Source: Entomortierella parvispora E1425
Lineage: Eukaryota > Fungi > Mortierellomycota
Assembly (NCBI GenBank): GCA_020891255.1
Contig: BQFW01000010.1
Span: 1,488,001 to 1,552,000 of the forward strand
Direction of reading: 5' to 3'
DNA length: 64,000 nucleotides
This document shows positions 1-13,215 of the stretch, one piece after another. The translations under genes and the position numbers were made by a program. Below the pieces are notes generated by a model. It ran no database searches. It saw only the letters and a list, made by a program, of their open reading frames with translations, and had not been told where the DNA came from. Every line of letters begins with the position of its first letter. Within the stretch, counting starts at the first letter, position 1.

Positions 1-226
1 TTGTTCAAACAAAAGAAAAAAGAGTCGAGTCCCAGTCAAGCTTGAGCGCTCAGGTACCTTGTTTTTTTCCGACTTTGACCTGCATGCTGCCCCATTCGGA
101 GCTACCGGTTCTTAATATCCCGCAGCCATGATTTCATGGGCTAACGGCAGAGCCAAGAGGCTGAGATGATGGAAGAATGATGAAAAAAAAAAAAAAAAAA
201 GGAAAAATCTAGGGGGGGAAGGGGAA

Positions 227-227
<1 letters not shown>

Positions 228-268
<41 letters not shown>

Positions 269-269
269 C
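228..269. repeat. (AAC)n microsatellite
   Basis: About 14 perfect AAC units. Confidence 0.9.
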
Positions 270-3200
270 GGACGGTCCACACAAATTTGGATCGGTTGTG
301 TGCTTTTCATTTTGGAAGGTTCCGGCAGGGTCAAGAATGGGTTTCCTTTTGAGAGCCATCGAGGGTTCAAAACACGGGTAGGTGCGCAAAGGAGAGAGAG
401 AATCAGGCACACAAGCAACAGCAACGTCTTTTTTTTTTTTTTTTTTTTTTTACAACTCCCGATGTGTTTGACCAAGGTGGTTGGTTGTTAAGAACTTGAG
501 AGCGTTTGGATCCCTTTTGTGTAAACAATCGCATCCTTTCGGACGAAAAAAAGATTTTTTTATCTTCATGGTTGCATCATTTGTGTGTAAACAAACTCTT
601 TTTTTTTAGGTCTCTTGTTTTCAGGAACGAGCGTGCCGCGGTGAGGCGATGAATAATCGCGTGTCAACAAAGAAAAGGAGATTGAAAAAAATGAAGAGGT
701 TGAATGAGTATTCCCGAACATCATTAACCATGCCTAAACAGCAACGCCCTGGGCTGTCCTCATTTCTCTCTGTTGCTCGCCCTGCTTCACCCTGAATAAA
801 AAAAAAACAATAATAAAAAAGCGTTGCACAATCCAACCAGTGCGCGAGCAATTTGCTCCCGAGTTTAGTGTGTTAGGATGTTGGCGAAAAGGTTCAAACA
901 AAGTGGAGAATGAGCATTCGCGACGTGTAACCATGTCCCTGAAGCAAGTCGTCAGCATTCTTCGCGGGAAGAAAAAAATATGTCTGGGCGCAAGGGACAG
1001 GGACGGACAAAAAAAAAGCTCGAGAGCAGCAAGCGGTGGTTCCCAATTCCTCTTGGAGGCAAACCCTGTTTGGATTTCCAACAGGGGTGTATGTGAACAA
1101 CAGGCAAAACAGGTGGGCTTTGTTGACTATTTGCGCCGCCCATTTCTGGTGGCCAATCCCTTCAGCTCGGTCATGCCAAAGACGGAAGACAAAAAAGAAA
1201 ATTCGTTTTTAACGTTCATGTTTGTTTGTTTGTGCACCTACCCTCAATTCTTATCCTTCAGAAAAGTTACTAAGGGGGAGTTCTTTGGATACCTTCCATT
1301 CTGGTCGTCTTCCATCCTTCCACAATGGATGTTTCTACAGGTCTATTCCAACGTGGTCTATGATTTTGTCCACCCTCTCTTTATCTTGAATGTCAATTGC
1401 ACCAATTGGGATCAAAAATTCTGAAAGATTCTTCCAGAAAGTAATGCATGGAAAAGATCGACAAAGCACAAACAACAAAGCAAGGTTTTCTTCCCCTCAC
1501 AATCCCTTCTCCAGCTGCCCCTTCTCTTCCTTTTCCCCTATTTCTTTTTCCCCAATTCTATTGATCTTGACCACGTCTAGTTGCTTGGCACACTTCTTTG
1601 GAACAGGGACCCCGTACCGGAGTTTGCAGTGGTTAGATTCAGGGCCCTGGTCTGCACCCAGAAAAATTGGCCAATATCTTTGTCAAAAAGTGAGGAGGGG
1701 GCCGCGTTCGATTGCTTCGGGAGTCACCCCCCAGAGGGTAACCAAAGGCGTCCTCTTCGTTGTGTTTTTATTCATCGTTCCTATTTGTCATTTGTCGCTC
1801 AGATCGCCTTGAGCTTTCTAGTCCTGTTTATATCCCCTGCATCTCCGAAACGCAAGGCTGACTGAATAAGAACGTTTGTTACGCGACTTTGTACATAGTG
1901 AGTTCCGCTCTGCTCCCATTTCCAACCCTTCGGTCCCCCCCCCCCCCCTCGTGTCTTTAGACATGGTTTTCCCTATTTTAAAAATATTTCCGTGGTCGTG
2001 AAAGAATCACAGAAAAGGACTCGGACCTTGTTGTCCGGTTGCTACACCGCTTGCCATTTACAGGCTATCGCTCATTTGAGAGTTAAAGATACTGCGAGAG
2101 GTACAGAGAGAGACTGTGGGATATAGGAGAAGACCAACTCCCCCCCGAGTTACACAGTGGGCAATTGACAGAAAAAAAAAAGGATCGTGGTCTCTTTGCT
2201 TTGTTGACGATGATCAAACACCATTGGGAAGGTAAGATCGTAAGGAGGTCCACCTTCCTATTGGTTTTTTTTCACTCCACCATGTCGGCCAAGTGTGCCA
2301 TGTCTTGAGAAACCCCGGAAGAATTGCTTGTAGTCTGATGCGGACGTATACATTTGGCCCTTTCCTCCGCTCTCTTTCTCCTCTAATTCGTGTTGTGCTA
2401 ATTCCTGTCATATTCCCCCCCCCCCCCCCGAAGCCCCCTCCTTCTCTTTCTCCCTCCTATCTTGTTCCTTTCCCGACTGCTGATCCGTGATCAGTTGTTT
2501 TGTTTTTGTTTTTGTTTTTGTCCTGCGTCCATTGATCTCCCTAGCCCCTTTGGAGTGAGAGTTGGAGTGAGGGTGGTCCGTGTGCATGAGGGTAGAATGC
2601 TGTGGTGATTGTGGTGATTGTGGCGGCCGTGGGGTGCCAGTAATCTGGTAGATGGAGTCATTGAGTTCTTGGAGAGTTTTCCCTTTTTTTTTTTTTTTTT
2701 TTTTAATTGGTCTCGATGGTGTGGAGTTCGCGTCAAAGTCCAGTTTCTATCCCACATTTTTTTATTATTTGGGAGGCGGACTTTGAGTTTCTGTTGATTT
2801 TTCTCTTTGTTGACATGCCTGATGACGCTGAAGGGATGAGTTCCAATGAGACAGACTGGTAACTAAGGGGAGAGACAGAAGGAGGGGGTGGAGGAGGATG
2901 AGGAAGATCAGGAAGGGCTGGATTGTCAGAAGGGAACCTTCGTTTAATTTGTAATTTATTTTTATTCAATTTTCTAAAGCAACGCAGCGGCGGCAAGCCA
3001 AAGAGTCAAAGAGCCACCCACGCCCTTTCTTCTTCTGACTCTCCCCCCACCTCCCCCCACCTCCATCCCATTCACATGAGGGCGGAAGGTTGGCCATTGG
3101 CCATTTAGCCTTCCTGTTCCGCCATGAGGATCAATTCTCCGGGGAACAGGCCATTGGGCTTCTACGAGTTTTTTTTTCCTACGCAAAACTTTCGCCGCGC

Positions 3201-4104
3201 TCATTTGTCTTGGTTTTTCCATTCCTGCCCCTTTCCTTCCCTCGATGACCGTGTTTGCCGCTAGAACGGAGAATTGACTCAGAAGAAGTCAGAAAAAAAA
3301 AAAGAGAGTGCGAAACAGGGTATATGTTGTGCCTGTACCTGTGGACGACCCAGGTTGAGGGACGAAAAAGGAATCGAATTTTTTTTTTTATATTTCTGGT
3401 CATCTATCAAATGAGACCTCACAGAACAAACCAACCACCGGAAAGGGTGGGGGATCATAGTTTCGCTTATGTTTTTTTATGATTTTGGGTCCTAATCCCC
3501 TTGGGAAGAACCAGAAGCAAAAAGGAAATAAAAGAGCCTTGAGAGAAGATTACGGTTGTGACAAAGAGGATGGCCTGGTTCATTCACTGTGGAAGGGAGG
3601 ACCGACAGGCGGATGGACGGAATGACGGACGGTGCGGATCGGCCGATTGACCAACAGACATGAAATACCTCCCAACATTCATCCAGACAACGAGGAGTGC
3701 AGCAAAGGCAATTGACGGACAGAAACGGCCGGAGAGGAAAGTGAGATTATAGACAGAGGTAGAACGAGGCCTATAGAAGGGATCAGAACAGAAGGAAGAG
3801 TGATCGGATTGGTGCAGACCTCGGCCATGCGATTGGCCCAAGACAGCGAGACGGAGGAAAGGGTGCAAATCAAAGGTGTTTATTCAGTCGAGTGCGGGCA
3901 TTCAATGGAGCATGGCCAAAAGCATTACAGTAAACAAGAGGCGATTCAGTCGACGCGGTCAGGTCTATTCAGTCGGATCGATTGAAGAGAAAAACTAGTC
4001 GCGATAAATCACATAGAATACCTTCCCCTTGTCCCCCCTCCTTTGAATGTCCATTGTCTTGTCTCTTGTCCATCCGTCCATCCGTCTGTCCTTGCTTCCC
4101 AACC

Positions 4105-4110
4105 TATAAA
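4105..4110 (+). promoter_or_regulatory. putative TATA box of the WOPR gene
   Basis: TATAAA followed by a long pyrimidine-rich leader, then a strong donor (AG|GTAAGC at 4576). Confidence 0.45.
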
Positions 4111-4575
4111 ACCCCAAAACCTTTTTTGGCCCGTTCCTTTTTTTTTTTTTTTTTTTGTTCTCTTCTCTGCTTCTGTTCCTTTTTTTTCTCCTCTCCTTTG
4201 TCTGATGGCCCATTAGCTCCTCCTCTTCTTCATCTCATTGTCACCTTCCTGATCAGCCCCATCTCCAGCTCACTCCCCCTTCTCTCTCTCTTTCTTCATC
4301 CATTCCATTCCACCCACTCTCTCTCTCACTGTCGAATCTCAATCCCTTTGCATCTTTTTTGTTCCTTTTACTTTTTTCCCTGGAAACATAAAAACGCTTA
4401 ACGCAAACTCAAACCCTCCTCCTTACAACCCCTCCTCTGTCTCTCTCCTCTCCCTTCACCTCTCCACTTTTCCGTCTTTTGGTCTCTCCACCCCTTCCTC
4501 GAACGCGCACCTCTGCCCATCATTGTCCGCTTCACTTGATTTGATCCGAGTGATTTGCTACTGCTAATTCATAAG

Positions 4576-6042
4576 GTAAGCCATTGCAAAACAGTACAAC
4601 ACCGTTGAGAGTCTATTCCACCTGTTTCTTTTCTTTTCCTGGTTGTTTCCCCGCACCACTGTCCCATCGTTCCTCTCCCCTGTCCCCCTCTGTTTGATTC
4701 CGGGATGGGGATGCGATCGTTCCTTCTGGTATGGGCAGGGTGTGCAGTCGTTGTTCGACATTTTTTTTTTTTTTTTTTTTTTTTGGTTTGGTCACATAGT
4801 TTGGATCGCTATGGCTTTGTCACGACTGTGCCTTCGGGGAGAAAACTTTCTTGGTCTGTTGCATATCCACCGTTGTTGTCCCCCATGTATTCCCTTCACA
4901 CGCCCCCCTCTTCCACGTTGCGTTGCGTGCAACGAAGGAAAAAGAACAACGGGAGGAGATGGAAAAGAAAAAAAAAGGAAGGAAAAAAAAAAAAAAAGAA
5001 CACCTGACTCGAGGAGTGAGCTTTTTCTGTGTTCACTTTTTCAGGTGAAGAGCGAGAAAGAAAAAAGACAGAAAAGCATCGACCTCCCTCCCAGCTCGGA
5101 ATGTGTTTCCCTTTTCTTTCTCTTTTTCTCTCTTTTCGACCTTCCGAGTGAGCCCTCGGCATCTGTTCCCACTCTTTTTTTTTTTTTTTTTTCCTTCTCT
5201 TTTGTTACTGGTTGTTGGCCCTTGATTCCTTTTCGTGTCATCATCCCAGATGGGTCTGTCTTTGGATGCATGTCCCGATTCAGATGCCCCCCCTTCTCCC
5301 CTGACTCTTGCACAGCGTCTGCGACTCTGCCCTTGTCCTTTTTTTACGAGATAAAAGGGACTCTTTAGCATGACAACGCCACCCAAAAAAAAAAAAAAAG
5401 AGGGGAAGAGGGGTGGGGGGGAAGTGGGGTTGCAGATTTTGGCACAATGTTTTTTTTGAGATCTTTTTTCTTCTGTTGTGGTTGGTTGAGCATCGGGAGG
5501 ACCGTTGCAGAGTCATCGGGGGATAACACAAATCGGGGGGGATCAGAAGGAAAGGAAGAGACGGAAAGGAAGGAGCGAGAAAAAGAAGGCGGGAAAAGGA
5601 AAAGGAGAGAGTGTGTGTGAGAGAGATAGAGATAGAGAGAGAGAGAGGGTGAAGACTGCCATGATCGCACAGGGTGCACAAAGGCAATTCAGGAACAGGG
5701 CACCCCTACCCGCACACGCATCTTTAGAGAGAGAAGAGAGGAAATCGCCAAGCCGAGCTAGGTGAACGGGAGTCCGCCAACCAGTGCAAGGACAACGAGA
5801 GAGAGATAAAAAAGAGAGGCGAAGGGTGGATAAACCCCTCTTCCACTTGGATTGGTTCCCTTCTTGCGCCACCATCCACGGGTCATCCTGTGTGGGTCGA
5901 GCGTGTCTCTGATGGAGGCAGTCGGACGAGGCACAGACAAACAGACGAGCAGACCGAGTCGATCGCTTTTTGTGCCTCTCCTCGCAGAGAGTGAGTGAGT
6001 GAGTGGAGTGAGTGAAAGAGAGAGAGAGAACAGAGAGAGAGA

Positions 6043-6074
<32 letters not shown>

Positions 6075-6606
6075 ACAGAGAGAGAGAGATAGAGAGAAAG
6101 GACTTGCATGGCGTCCTGGATCCGACTCTGCCTTGTCTGCCTTGTCCTGTCCTTCCTGTCTGTCTGTCTGTCTGTCTGTCTGTCCAGAAAGAAAGAAAAA
6201 AAAGACGGCGCCGCCCCTGGCCCTGTCTTTCTTTCTTTCTTTCTTTCCTTCTTTCTTTCTTTCTTCCTTCCGTCCTTCTCGCTCTCTCTCTTTTTGTTCT
6301 TCCTCATCCGTCTTCCCTTCATTCCCTTCATCTCTTTCTCTCTGTCTCGCCCATTGTCCGTTGCTCCGGAACGTTCATTGCCCGTTTTGCCTCCTTCCTG
6401 GACCTCTTGTCCTCTTCTTTTCTTTCTCATCTGTCCTCCCTTCCTTCCTTCCTTCCTTCCTTCCTTTTTTCGTCTTTGTGTCCTTCCATGACCTCAACAT
6501 TCATCAGTGCTCAACAATAATAAGAGACAACCTAACATTCTCCTGCCCTCTCTTCTTTCTCTCCTCTCCTCTCCCTCTCTCCGTTCCTCTCCTCTCCTGT
6601 CATCAG
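4576..6606 (+). other. putative 2.0-kb 5'-UTR intron of the WOPR gene
   Basis: Donor GTAAGC at 4576; branch CTAAC near 6532; about 65-nt polypyrimidine tract; acceptor CATCAG ending 6606, 64 nt before the ATG at 6671. Confidence 0.55.
6016..6184. repeat. (GA)n-rich tract (6016-6097) and (TGTC)7 (6157-6184)
   Basis: Directly visible microsatellites inside the putative 5'-UTR intron. Confidence 0.9.
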
Positions 6607-6670
6607 TCTCGAGCACTACCTTGAGTCTCTACATCCAGCCTTCTCCCCTCTTTAACCCACAAGCCCATAT

Positions 6671-8887
6671 ATGACAATGAGTATTGTCGAAACCTTCCAC
6701 GGTTACATCGAGACCACCCAGGACACCCTTCTCATCTTTGAGGCATGTCGTCGTGGTCTGCTGCCCCGCATCTGCCGCCGCTTGCAAGAGAAGGAGCGTC
6801 GCATCGTCCAGTCCGGCACCGTCTTTGTCTTTGACGAGCGCGAGTCGGGCATCAAGCGTTGGACCGACGGCCTCGTCTGGTCCCCCTCCCGCATACTCGG
6901 CAACTTTTTGGTTTACCGCGAGTTGGATAAGCGTAATGCCTCGGGTAAAAAAGACGCCTCCCCGATCGACCGTGCCTCGCGCTCGAGCTCGAGCGATGTG
7001 GAGTCGGCCATCGAGAAGAACAAGGAGCGTGCCCTCGTCGGTTCCTTGACCAACTCTTACCGGTTCAAGAAAAACGGCCTTGTGAAAAAGACAATGTCGA
7101 TCGTCGTCAACGGCGTCTCACAGCATCTCATCTCATACTACTCCAAGGACGATGTCTTGGCAGGAAAGCTGCGCACACCTTCCTCCGTTCCCGAGTTTGC
7201 TGGTCTGGAGATCAGTCCCGAGTTCCTGATGAAGCAGAACTTCAGGATCCCTCCCACTGTGGAGCAATACGATCGTAAGTGGCCCCCTTCCATGAAAACA
7301 GTGTGTACACAACCCAAGGAGAGACAACAACATGAACCACGGATCAGAGTTTGGGCAAGTGAGGGAGGATATGCATTCGACGCATTAGTTAGACTTTTTT
7401 TTGACTTCACCACTCACACACAACACCCTGAGGAATGGAGGCAACTCAACAGGGGAGAAAAGAAGAGCGGGGATACTGGACAAAAAGGGTGCTGGATTTG
7501 GAGAGGGGTTTGGAGTGGAAGGGCAGAGTGGAACTGGCCGAACGGTGCTCGTCAATCGCTGTGCTGTGCAATCCATCCATGCTACCCCCAAAAGAGGCGA
7601 TCGATGATGACACCGTGTTCGTTGCCGGTCAAAGCGGGTCCCCAGCAAACACGGTGAAAATGGTGGCAGGGCGAACTGTGAGGGCTGTTGGTGCATTGTT
7701 TCCTGTTGACAAATCAGAAGGAACACAGGACTCGCAGGTGGTTTTTGGTGCCTGTGGCTGGCGTCAAAATCAAGCAGCAACAGGGCGCAAAAAGGAAAAA
7801 GCGGAGGAGAGCTGAGTAGCAGAGAAAAAGAGAGTCAGTCGGAGGAAGAGGAGAGCGAGAATCGCTCACGCCTTTCTTCTTTTCTTCTGTCTGTGGGTCG
7901 TCTCGCTTGAGCAGATGACATGGTCTCTTTGCAGAGTCACACAAAGAAACAAAAATCAGAGATGGAGATGAAAATGAGCAAAAAAAAAACCTCCCTTCCG
8001 AAAACAGGTTGCCTTTCTTGTTCCGTTCGCTTTGTTTCGTTGCTAACAGCCCTGTTCTTGTTTCGATCGGCTCTCTGTCACTAGTCGGCGACCATCTTCA
8101 GTCACCCGGATCAAGCAATCACAGCCCTCGTACGCCCAACGGACCTTTCCACACCATGGGCGCCAATGGCGCCGACTTTACCTCTGCAGGATTCAGCAAT
8201 CATATCCGGCCCAAGCAAGAGTCGGATCTGGTCGGAGCTCCCTCACCCCTGGATGTCTTTTCCAAGCCATACCATCATCACCAGCAGCAACAATCTCACC
8301 ACCACATGCATACCCAGCAAGGCTATCACAATGGCTTGCAACATCTTGGCCAGCATCACCATAACCCACCTTACAGTCCCCAGCACAGCTCGTTCCAGCA
8401 AAACTTTACTTATGGTCAAGTGTCGAACGGACATGGCGGCATGGCCCAGGATCAGACCTCTACCACCCCTCCTCCCGTCCGCTATATGCCCAGGAGTCAG
8501 CCCTTCATGCCCTATCCTCCGACCTCACAGGGCCAGTCACCGCAGTCATCACAGCAGCGTCATAGCATCTCTCCAGGGGGGCAGTACGCTGGATCACCCG
8601 CCATGATGATGCCCAGCCCTGGACCCAACGGTACCCCCACACACCAGATCTCAACCCATGACTTTAGCAATCTGTCCACGATGGGATACCAGTCACCAGC
8701 ACCCACAAGCCCCGGCACCTTTGGGAATATCTCTAATGGATCGCCTCAGTCAAACCATTCACAGCAGCTCCATCACCATGGATTGCCCCCAGTGACCCAA
8801 GGGTGGAGCGAATACGCCCCCTATCCATATCCCGCACCTGTCTCGGACCATCACAGTCAGCACGACCACGACAGCTCATCACCCTAA
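6671..8887 (+). CDS. Gti1/Pac2-family (WOPR domain) transcription factor, Wor1/Ryp1/Sge1-like; exons 6671-7274, 8085-8887 (468 aa)
   Basis: FHGYIETTQDTLLIFEAC..., SGIKRWTDGLVWSPSRILGNFLVYREL and GLVKKTMSI...HLISYY are the two WOPR halves. The intron GTAAGT..GCTAAC..CTAG joins exon 1 in frame to the Q/H/S/P-rich ORF 8009-8887. Confidence 0.93.
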
Positions 8888-9978
8888 AGTGTTCCCCGTC
8901 CGCATGACAGGGGTAGGGATGATCTTGGATGGTTGTTCTCCAGATAGCGTCCAGTGACCTGGAAGAGTCGGGAGATAGACTGCACTTGGCAATAAGCAAG
9001 TGCTGTTTTTTGTTTAGGTGCTTTTTTTCTCTCTCTGCTGTTTTTATTTTATCTCTTAACTATCGACTGTTCCTTGTCGATTGTTCCTTGTCGTCACCTT
9101 GTCCCGACTTACTCGAGCCTCTCTCCCCTCTTCCTTCCGTTGTCAATACCATACGAAAACAAAACACGGAAGAAACACAAAGACTTCATTAGAGGAATTC
9201 AATGCTGTCTCTCCTTTGTTGTTTCTATCCCCTCTTGTAAAAAGACTTTTTTTTTTCTTTTCTTCTTTTCTTTTCTTTTCTCTTTCTCTCTTTTTTCCTA
9301 GCTACTTTATTCTCGCTCTTGCTTCTTTTCTTTTTTTATCCTTGTTCATTGTCTTTCAGCAAAGCAAAAAAATATAATTTCTATCAAGAAAAACGATTGT
9401 ATCATAACCAAAAAAACACCCAATCCTCCCACGCCGATGATGCTCTTGTTGTTTTTGGATGAAAATCTCTGGTTCATATTTGATCGCGTGGTATCTTGTT
9501 GAATGACGGCCAGTAGCAAAAGAAGGTTTCGACTAAACGTTGAACCTTGTGTTGTTTGCTGCAGGTTCAAGTTTCGAAAACACAAGATGGGCCGACAAAG
9601 TTCTCACTCTGCTTGTATCTCTTTTATTCGTTCCCAACAGCAAGAAGGAAGGGGAAACAAGGTTGGCCCCCAGAACATCCAGAGTCGACTAGAGGATATT
9701 TTTTCTTGTTGTTTCGTAATCCAGCAGGACAACGCGAGAGTCAATTTTTTAATTTTTTTCAAGGTTTTTCTGCGCCTCGCTGGTCCATGCTGCGGATCCA
9801 CCAAGCCACAGACGCAGCAACCACCTTGGTTTCGCTATAAAAGCTCAGGGCCTGTCTTCAAGTAGGACCCTACGCAGCACCCCATCTGTACTCCCTATCC
9901 TCCCTATACCCCTCCCCCTTCCTCCTTTGACCCTTTACTGCACCAACACATTCTTAATACCTTTATTCATTTCTCATA

Positions 9979-10903
9979 ATGGCAGTCCGTAAGTCCTGTT
10001 CGTTTTACTTGTCGTCATAAAAAGATATCAGGGCAGCAAGGATAAAGACCCTAACGCTCCCGTTCGTTTCGCTCTGATGCCCCCAGGTGCTCAATTCGAA
10101 AACAACAATGAGATTGGCGTCTTTGCCATGCTCACAAACAGCTATTGTCTTGTCGCCAACGGCGGCTCCGAGAACTTTTATAGGTATGGATCGGCATGTG
10201 CTTGACTATCCTTTTCCCAACCCCCCTGGTCCAACGCTAACGAGTACCACCACTTTGCTCCTCCTATAGTATCTTTGAGACTGAGCTCAAGGACATCATT
10301 CCGATCGTTCACACGTCCATTGCAGGCACACGGATCCTAGGTCGACTCTGTGTTGGCAACCGCCACGGTCTCTTGGTCCCCAGCACGACGACTGACCAAG
10401 AACTGGCGCACCTTCGGAATTCCCTCCCAGGTTCTATCCGAATCCAGCGTGTGGAAGAGCGGCTCTCGGCCCTGGGCAATGTGATTGTGTGCAATGACTA
10501 TGTGGCGCTGATCCACCCGGATCTCGACCGGGAAACAGAAGAGATTGTCGCGGATGTGCTCCAGGTCGAGGTCTTTCGACAGACGGTGGCGGACCAAGTC
10601 TTGGTGGGCGCGTTCTTGAAGATGACGAACCAAGGGGCGCTGGTCCATCCTCGGACCTCGGTCCGGGACATGGAAGAGTTGTCGTCGTTGATGCAAGTCC
10701 CTTTGGTCGCTGGAACGATCAACCGAGGCTCGGATGTGATCGGGGCCGGTCTGTTGGTCAATGACTGGTGTGCGTTCGCGGGCTGGGACTCGACCGCGAC
10801 AGAACTGTCGGTGGTGGAGAATATTTTCAAGCTGCAGGATCATCATGCGCCTTCGGCTGTTGTACAAGATTTCCGGAGTACGCTGGTTGAATCCTATGTG
10901 TAA
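9979..10903 (+). CDS. TIF6: eukaryotic translation initiation factor 6; exons 9979-9988, 10087-10183, 10270-10903 (246 aa)
   Basis: Spliced product [26 protein letters not shown]...[19 protein letters not shown]...[19 protein letters not shown] is canonical eIF6; both introns are GT-AG. Confidence 0.97.
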
Positions 10904-11453
10904 AAATATATAAAGAACCTCCAGAAATAATGGACAGAAACCAAAGAGTAAGCGAAAAAAGATGTTTCAAAAGCAAAAAGGAAATCCGTTGGAAATGGGT
11001 CTGAATTTCAAGGGCCATTGGTCCTTGAAAAAGGTGGAAGCATGCATTGGAGCGCATACCATCAAGAGATCCTGTACTCTCGATATCGATTGCGCGAAGG
11101 CAGAAAAATTACTGGCCAAAAACCAAAACACAAAAGTATCCGCTCATGGAGCCATGGAGAGCAGAGCTTGACAAAATGGTTAAAGGCAGCTATTCGTCAT
11201 AGGGTGGGGAATGATCTGACCTGCTGTTTACGTGTGCAAGTGACCTTGGTTGGGTGGCATCCCGACTCTTGGACATAGTTGGGGCTGTGCAGGGTGCACG
11301 AGGGTGCAGGAAAAATGTCACGTGATATATTTTTAGCAAACTGAGCCTGGCGCGTAATTAATGCGTGCGCGGCAACACACTCCTTTGCATTCATTTGTTC
11401 CCTACATTCCCACTCTCAACTCTTTCCTCCTCATCGCAACATATAACCCAACC

Positions 11454-13215
11454 ATGGCATCCGACGCAGACCAACTCGTGGAAATGGGTTTCCCCAGGAA
11501 CCGTGTGTAAGTCCTCTTGCCGCAATGTTCCATCATTTGTTCAATGACATGCCGCAGCCTTTCAGGGTCCCTGACGTTCTTCGCCTTCTTTCCACGTCCT
11601 TTTGATGTGGCGTCTTAGAATCAAGGCCATGAGAGCCACCAAGAATGCAGGACTTCAGCCTGCAATGGACTGGTATGGACGACAGAAGTGGATTCGAGCG
11701 CTCAACAAAAGCGGCAGCGGAGCAAAAAATGAGGATTCATGGTCTACTGCGCCTAGAGTCCCAACACTGTGTTGACAAGTGACCATTTTGTTGTCTCTTT
11801 GTAGGCTCGTGGCGCATTCAGAAGATGCTGATATCGATGATCCTATCCAAGAGCATGTTGGAGGAGCCCTCGGAGCTGCCTCTTCCTCGTCGGCCCCTGC
11901 TACTGGAGATGAGGATTCGGCCGAGAAAGGTAAAGCACCGGATTGATGGTAACAGAATGGGCCCTCGGAATGCAGGAAAGAGGTAGCGCATAGGCCGAGA
12001 AAAGGATAATTTGGTCCGGATCCACCTCTTGTTTTTGGTGCCGACAGGAAGGTCGAGCGATATCAAGAGTTGATCATATGCACCTTTTGACGCCGTTTTA
12101 CTTCGCCATGATCCTAATTAGAGGGCGATGTTATCCAGGATGGTGAACAGACCGCACAGTCCCTTATTTGCCAGGATTGCCAGATGATTCTCCGTGATGG
12201 TAATATACAGTGAATGACTGGACTCCTTCGTTCACAGTATGACTTGATAGAGATCACTAGAGCTAACTGTTGTTTGACATGGTTCATGGAATCATAGCCG
12301 ATGCCGCTCAGAGACACGCCATGAGAACCGAGCATGTCAATTTTGCAGAGTCTACCACGGTTATCAAGCCATTGACGTAAGGAGTCTAAATATCCATTGT
12401 CTGTGGTACGGTCTATGATCCTGAGCGCTTTGACGATTAACGCGACACCCTCTTCTTCACCTCCATTTGGGGAATATCACTCTAGAGAGGAAGAAAAGCA
12501 GGCCAAGCTGGCAGAATTGAAGCAGCGATTGGCTGAGAAGCGTGCCGCCAAGGCTCAGGCAGAGAAGGAAGACCAGAAGATGTCGGAAAAGATTCGTCGC
12601 AAGGCTGGACAGGATCTCACAGAAGTCAAGGCTCGTCTGGAAGAAAAGGAAATGAAGAAGTTGGTTGAGGCCAAGAAGCGCGAAAAGGAACAGGATCGCT
12701 TGGCGAAATTGGCTATCAAGGCCAGGATTGAGGCTGATAAGGCTGAGAGGGCTCGCAAAAAGCAAGAGGCGACTTTGGGCTTCCAACAAGCAGCGGAGGC
12801 AGCCACAGCCCAAGCAGCAGCGGAGGCAGCGGCCAAGGCTGGACCACCCAAAGTCTATACAGAGACGCGTCTGCAGATCCGTACAACTGGCGGACAGCCT
12901 GTTGTTCACAGTAAGTGGTTGAAGCGTTCTTTATTGTTGCCTTTGGGTCCAGGACAGGTCCTGTACTAGATGGTATCGACACCAAGTCTTGATTCTTACT
13001 TTGTCTATTTGTGGTCCAACTTTTTGTCCGCCGTAGCATTCCAAGCCACTGATAAGCTGAGCGCTGTGTATGATTTCATGCGTCAGCATCAACCTGGCGC
13101 GTTCAAGCTGATGACGACTTTCCCAAGGAAGGTGCTGGATGGCGCAGAGATGGAAAAGACTCTGAACGAGCTTCAATTGGTCCCCTCGGGAACGTTGGCT
13201 GTTACCTTGAACTAG
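11454..13215 (+). CDS. UBXN1: UBA / C2H2 zinc finger / coiled-coil / UBX protein (UBXN1/SAKS1-like Cdc48 adaptor); exons 11454-11506, 11619-11672, 11805-11929, 12122-12199, 12298-12376, 12486-12910, 13037-13215 (330 aa)
   Basis: UBA motif LVEMGFPRNRV..A....N....AMDWL; CQDC-x12-H-x5-H; NFAEST..IKPLTEEEK; E/K coiled coil; UBX motifs ETRLQIR and FKLMTTFPRK..L.EL.LVPSG. All six introns are GT-AG and preserve frame. Confidence 0.9.

Noticed and set aside
5758-5940. Small minus-strand ORF ending in a hydrophobic helix
   Set aside because: The hydrophobicity is explained by pyrimidine-rich DNA; no motif or other support
5543-6520. Long overlapping ORFs on both strands (295, 173, 163 aa)
   Set aside because: Translations of GA/TC/TGTC microsatellites (ERER, LSLS, DRQT) inside a putative UTR intron
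10337-10867. 176-aa minus-strand ORF
   Set aside because: Antisense shadow of eIF6
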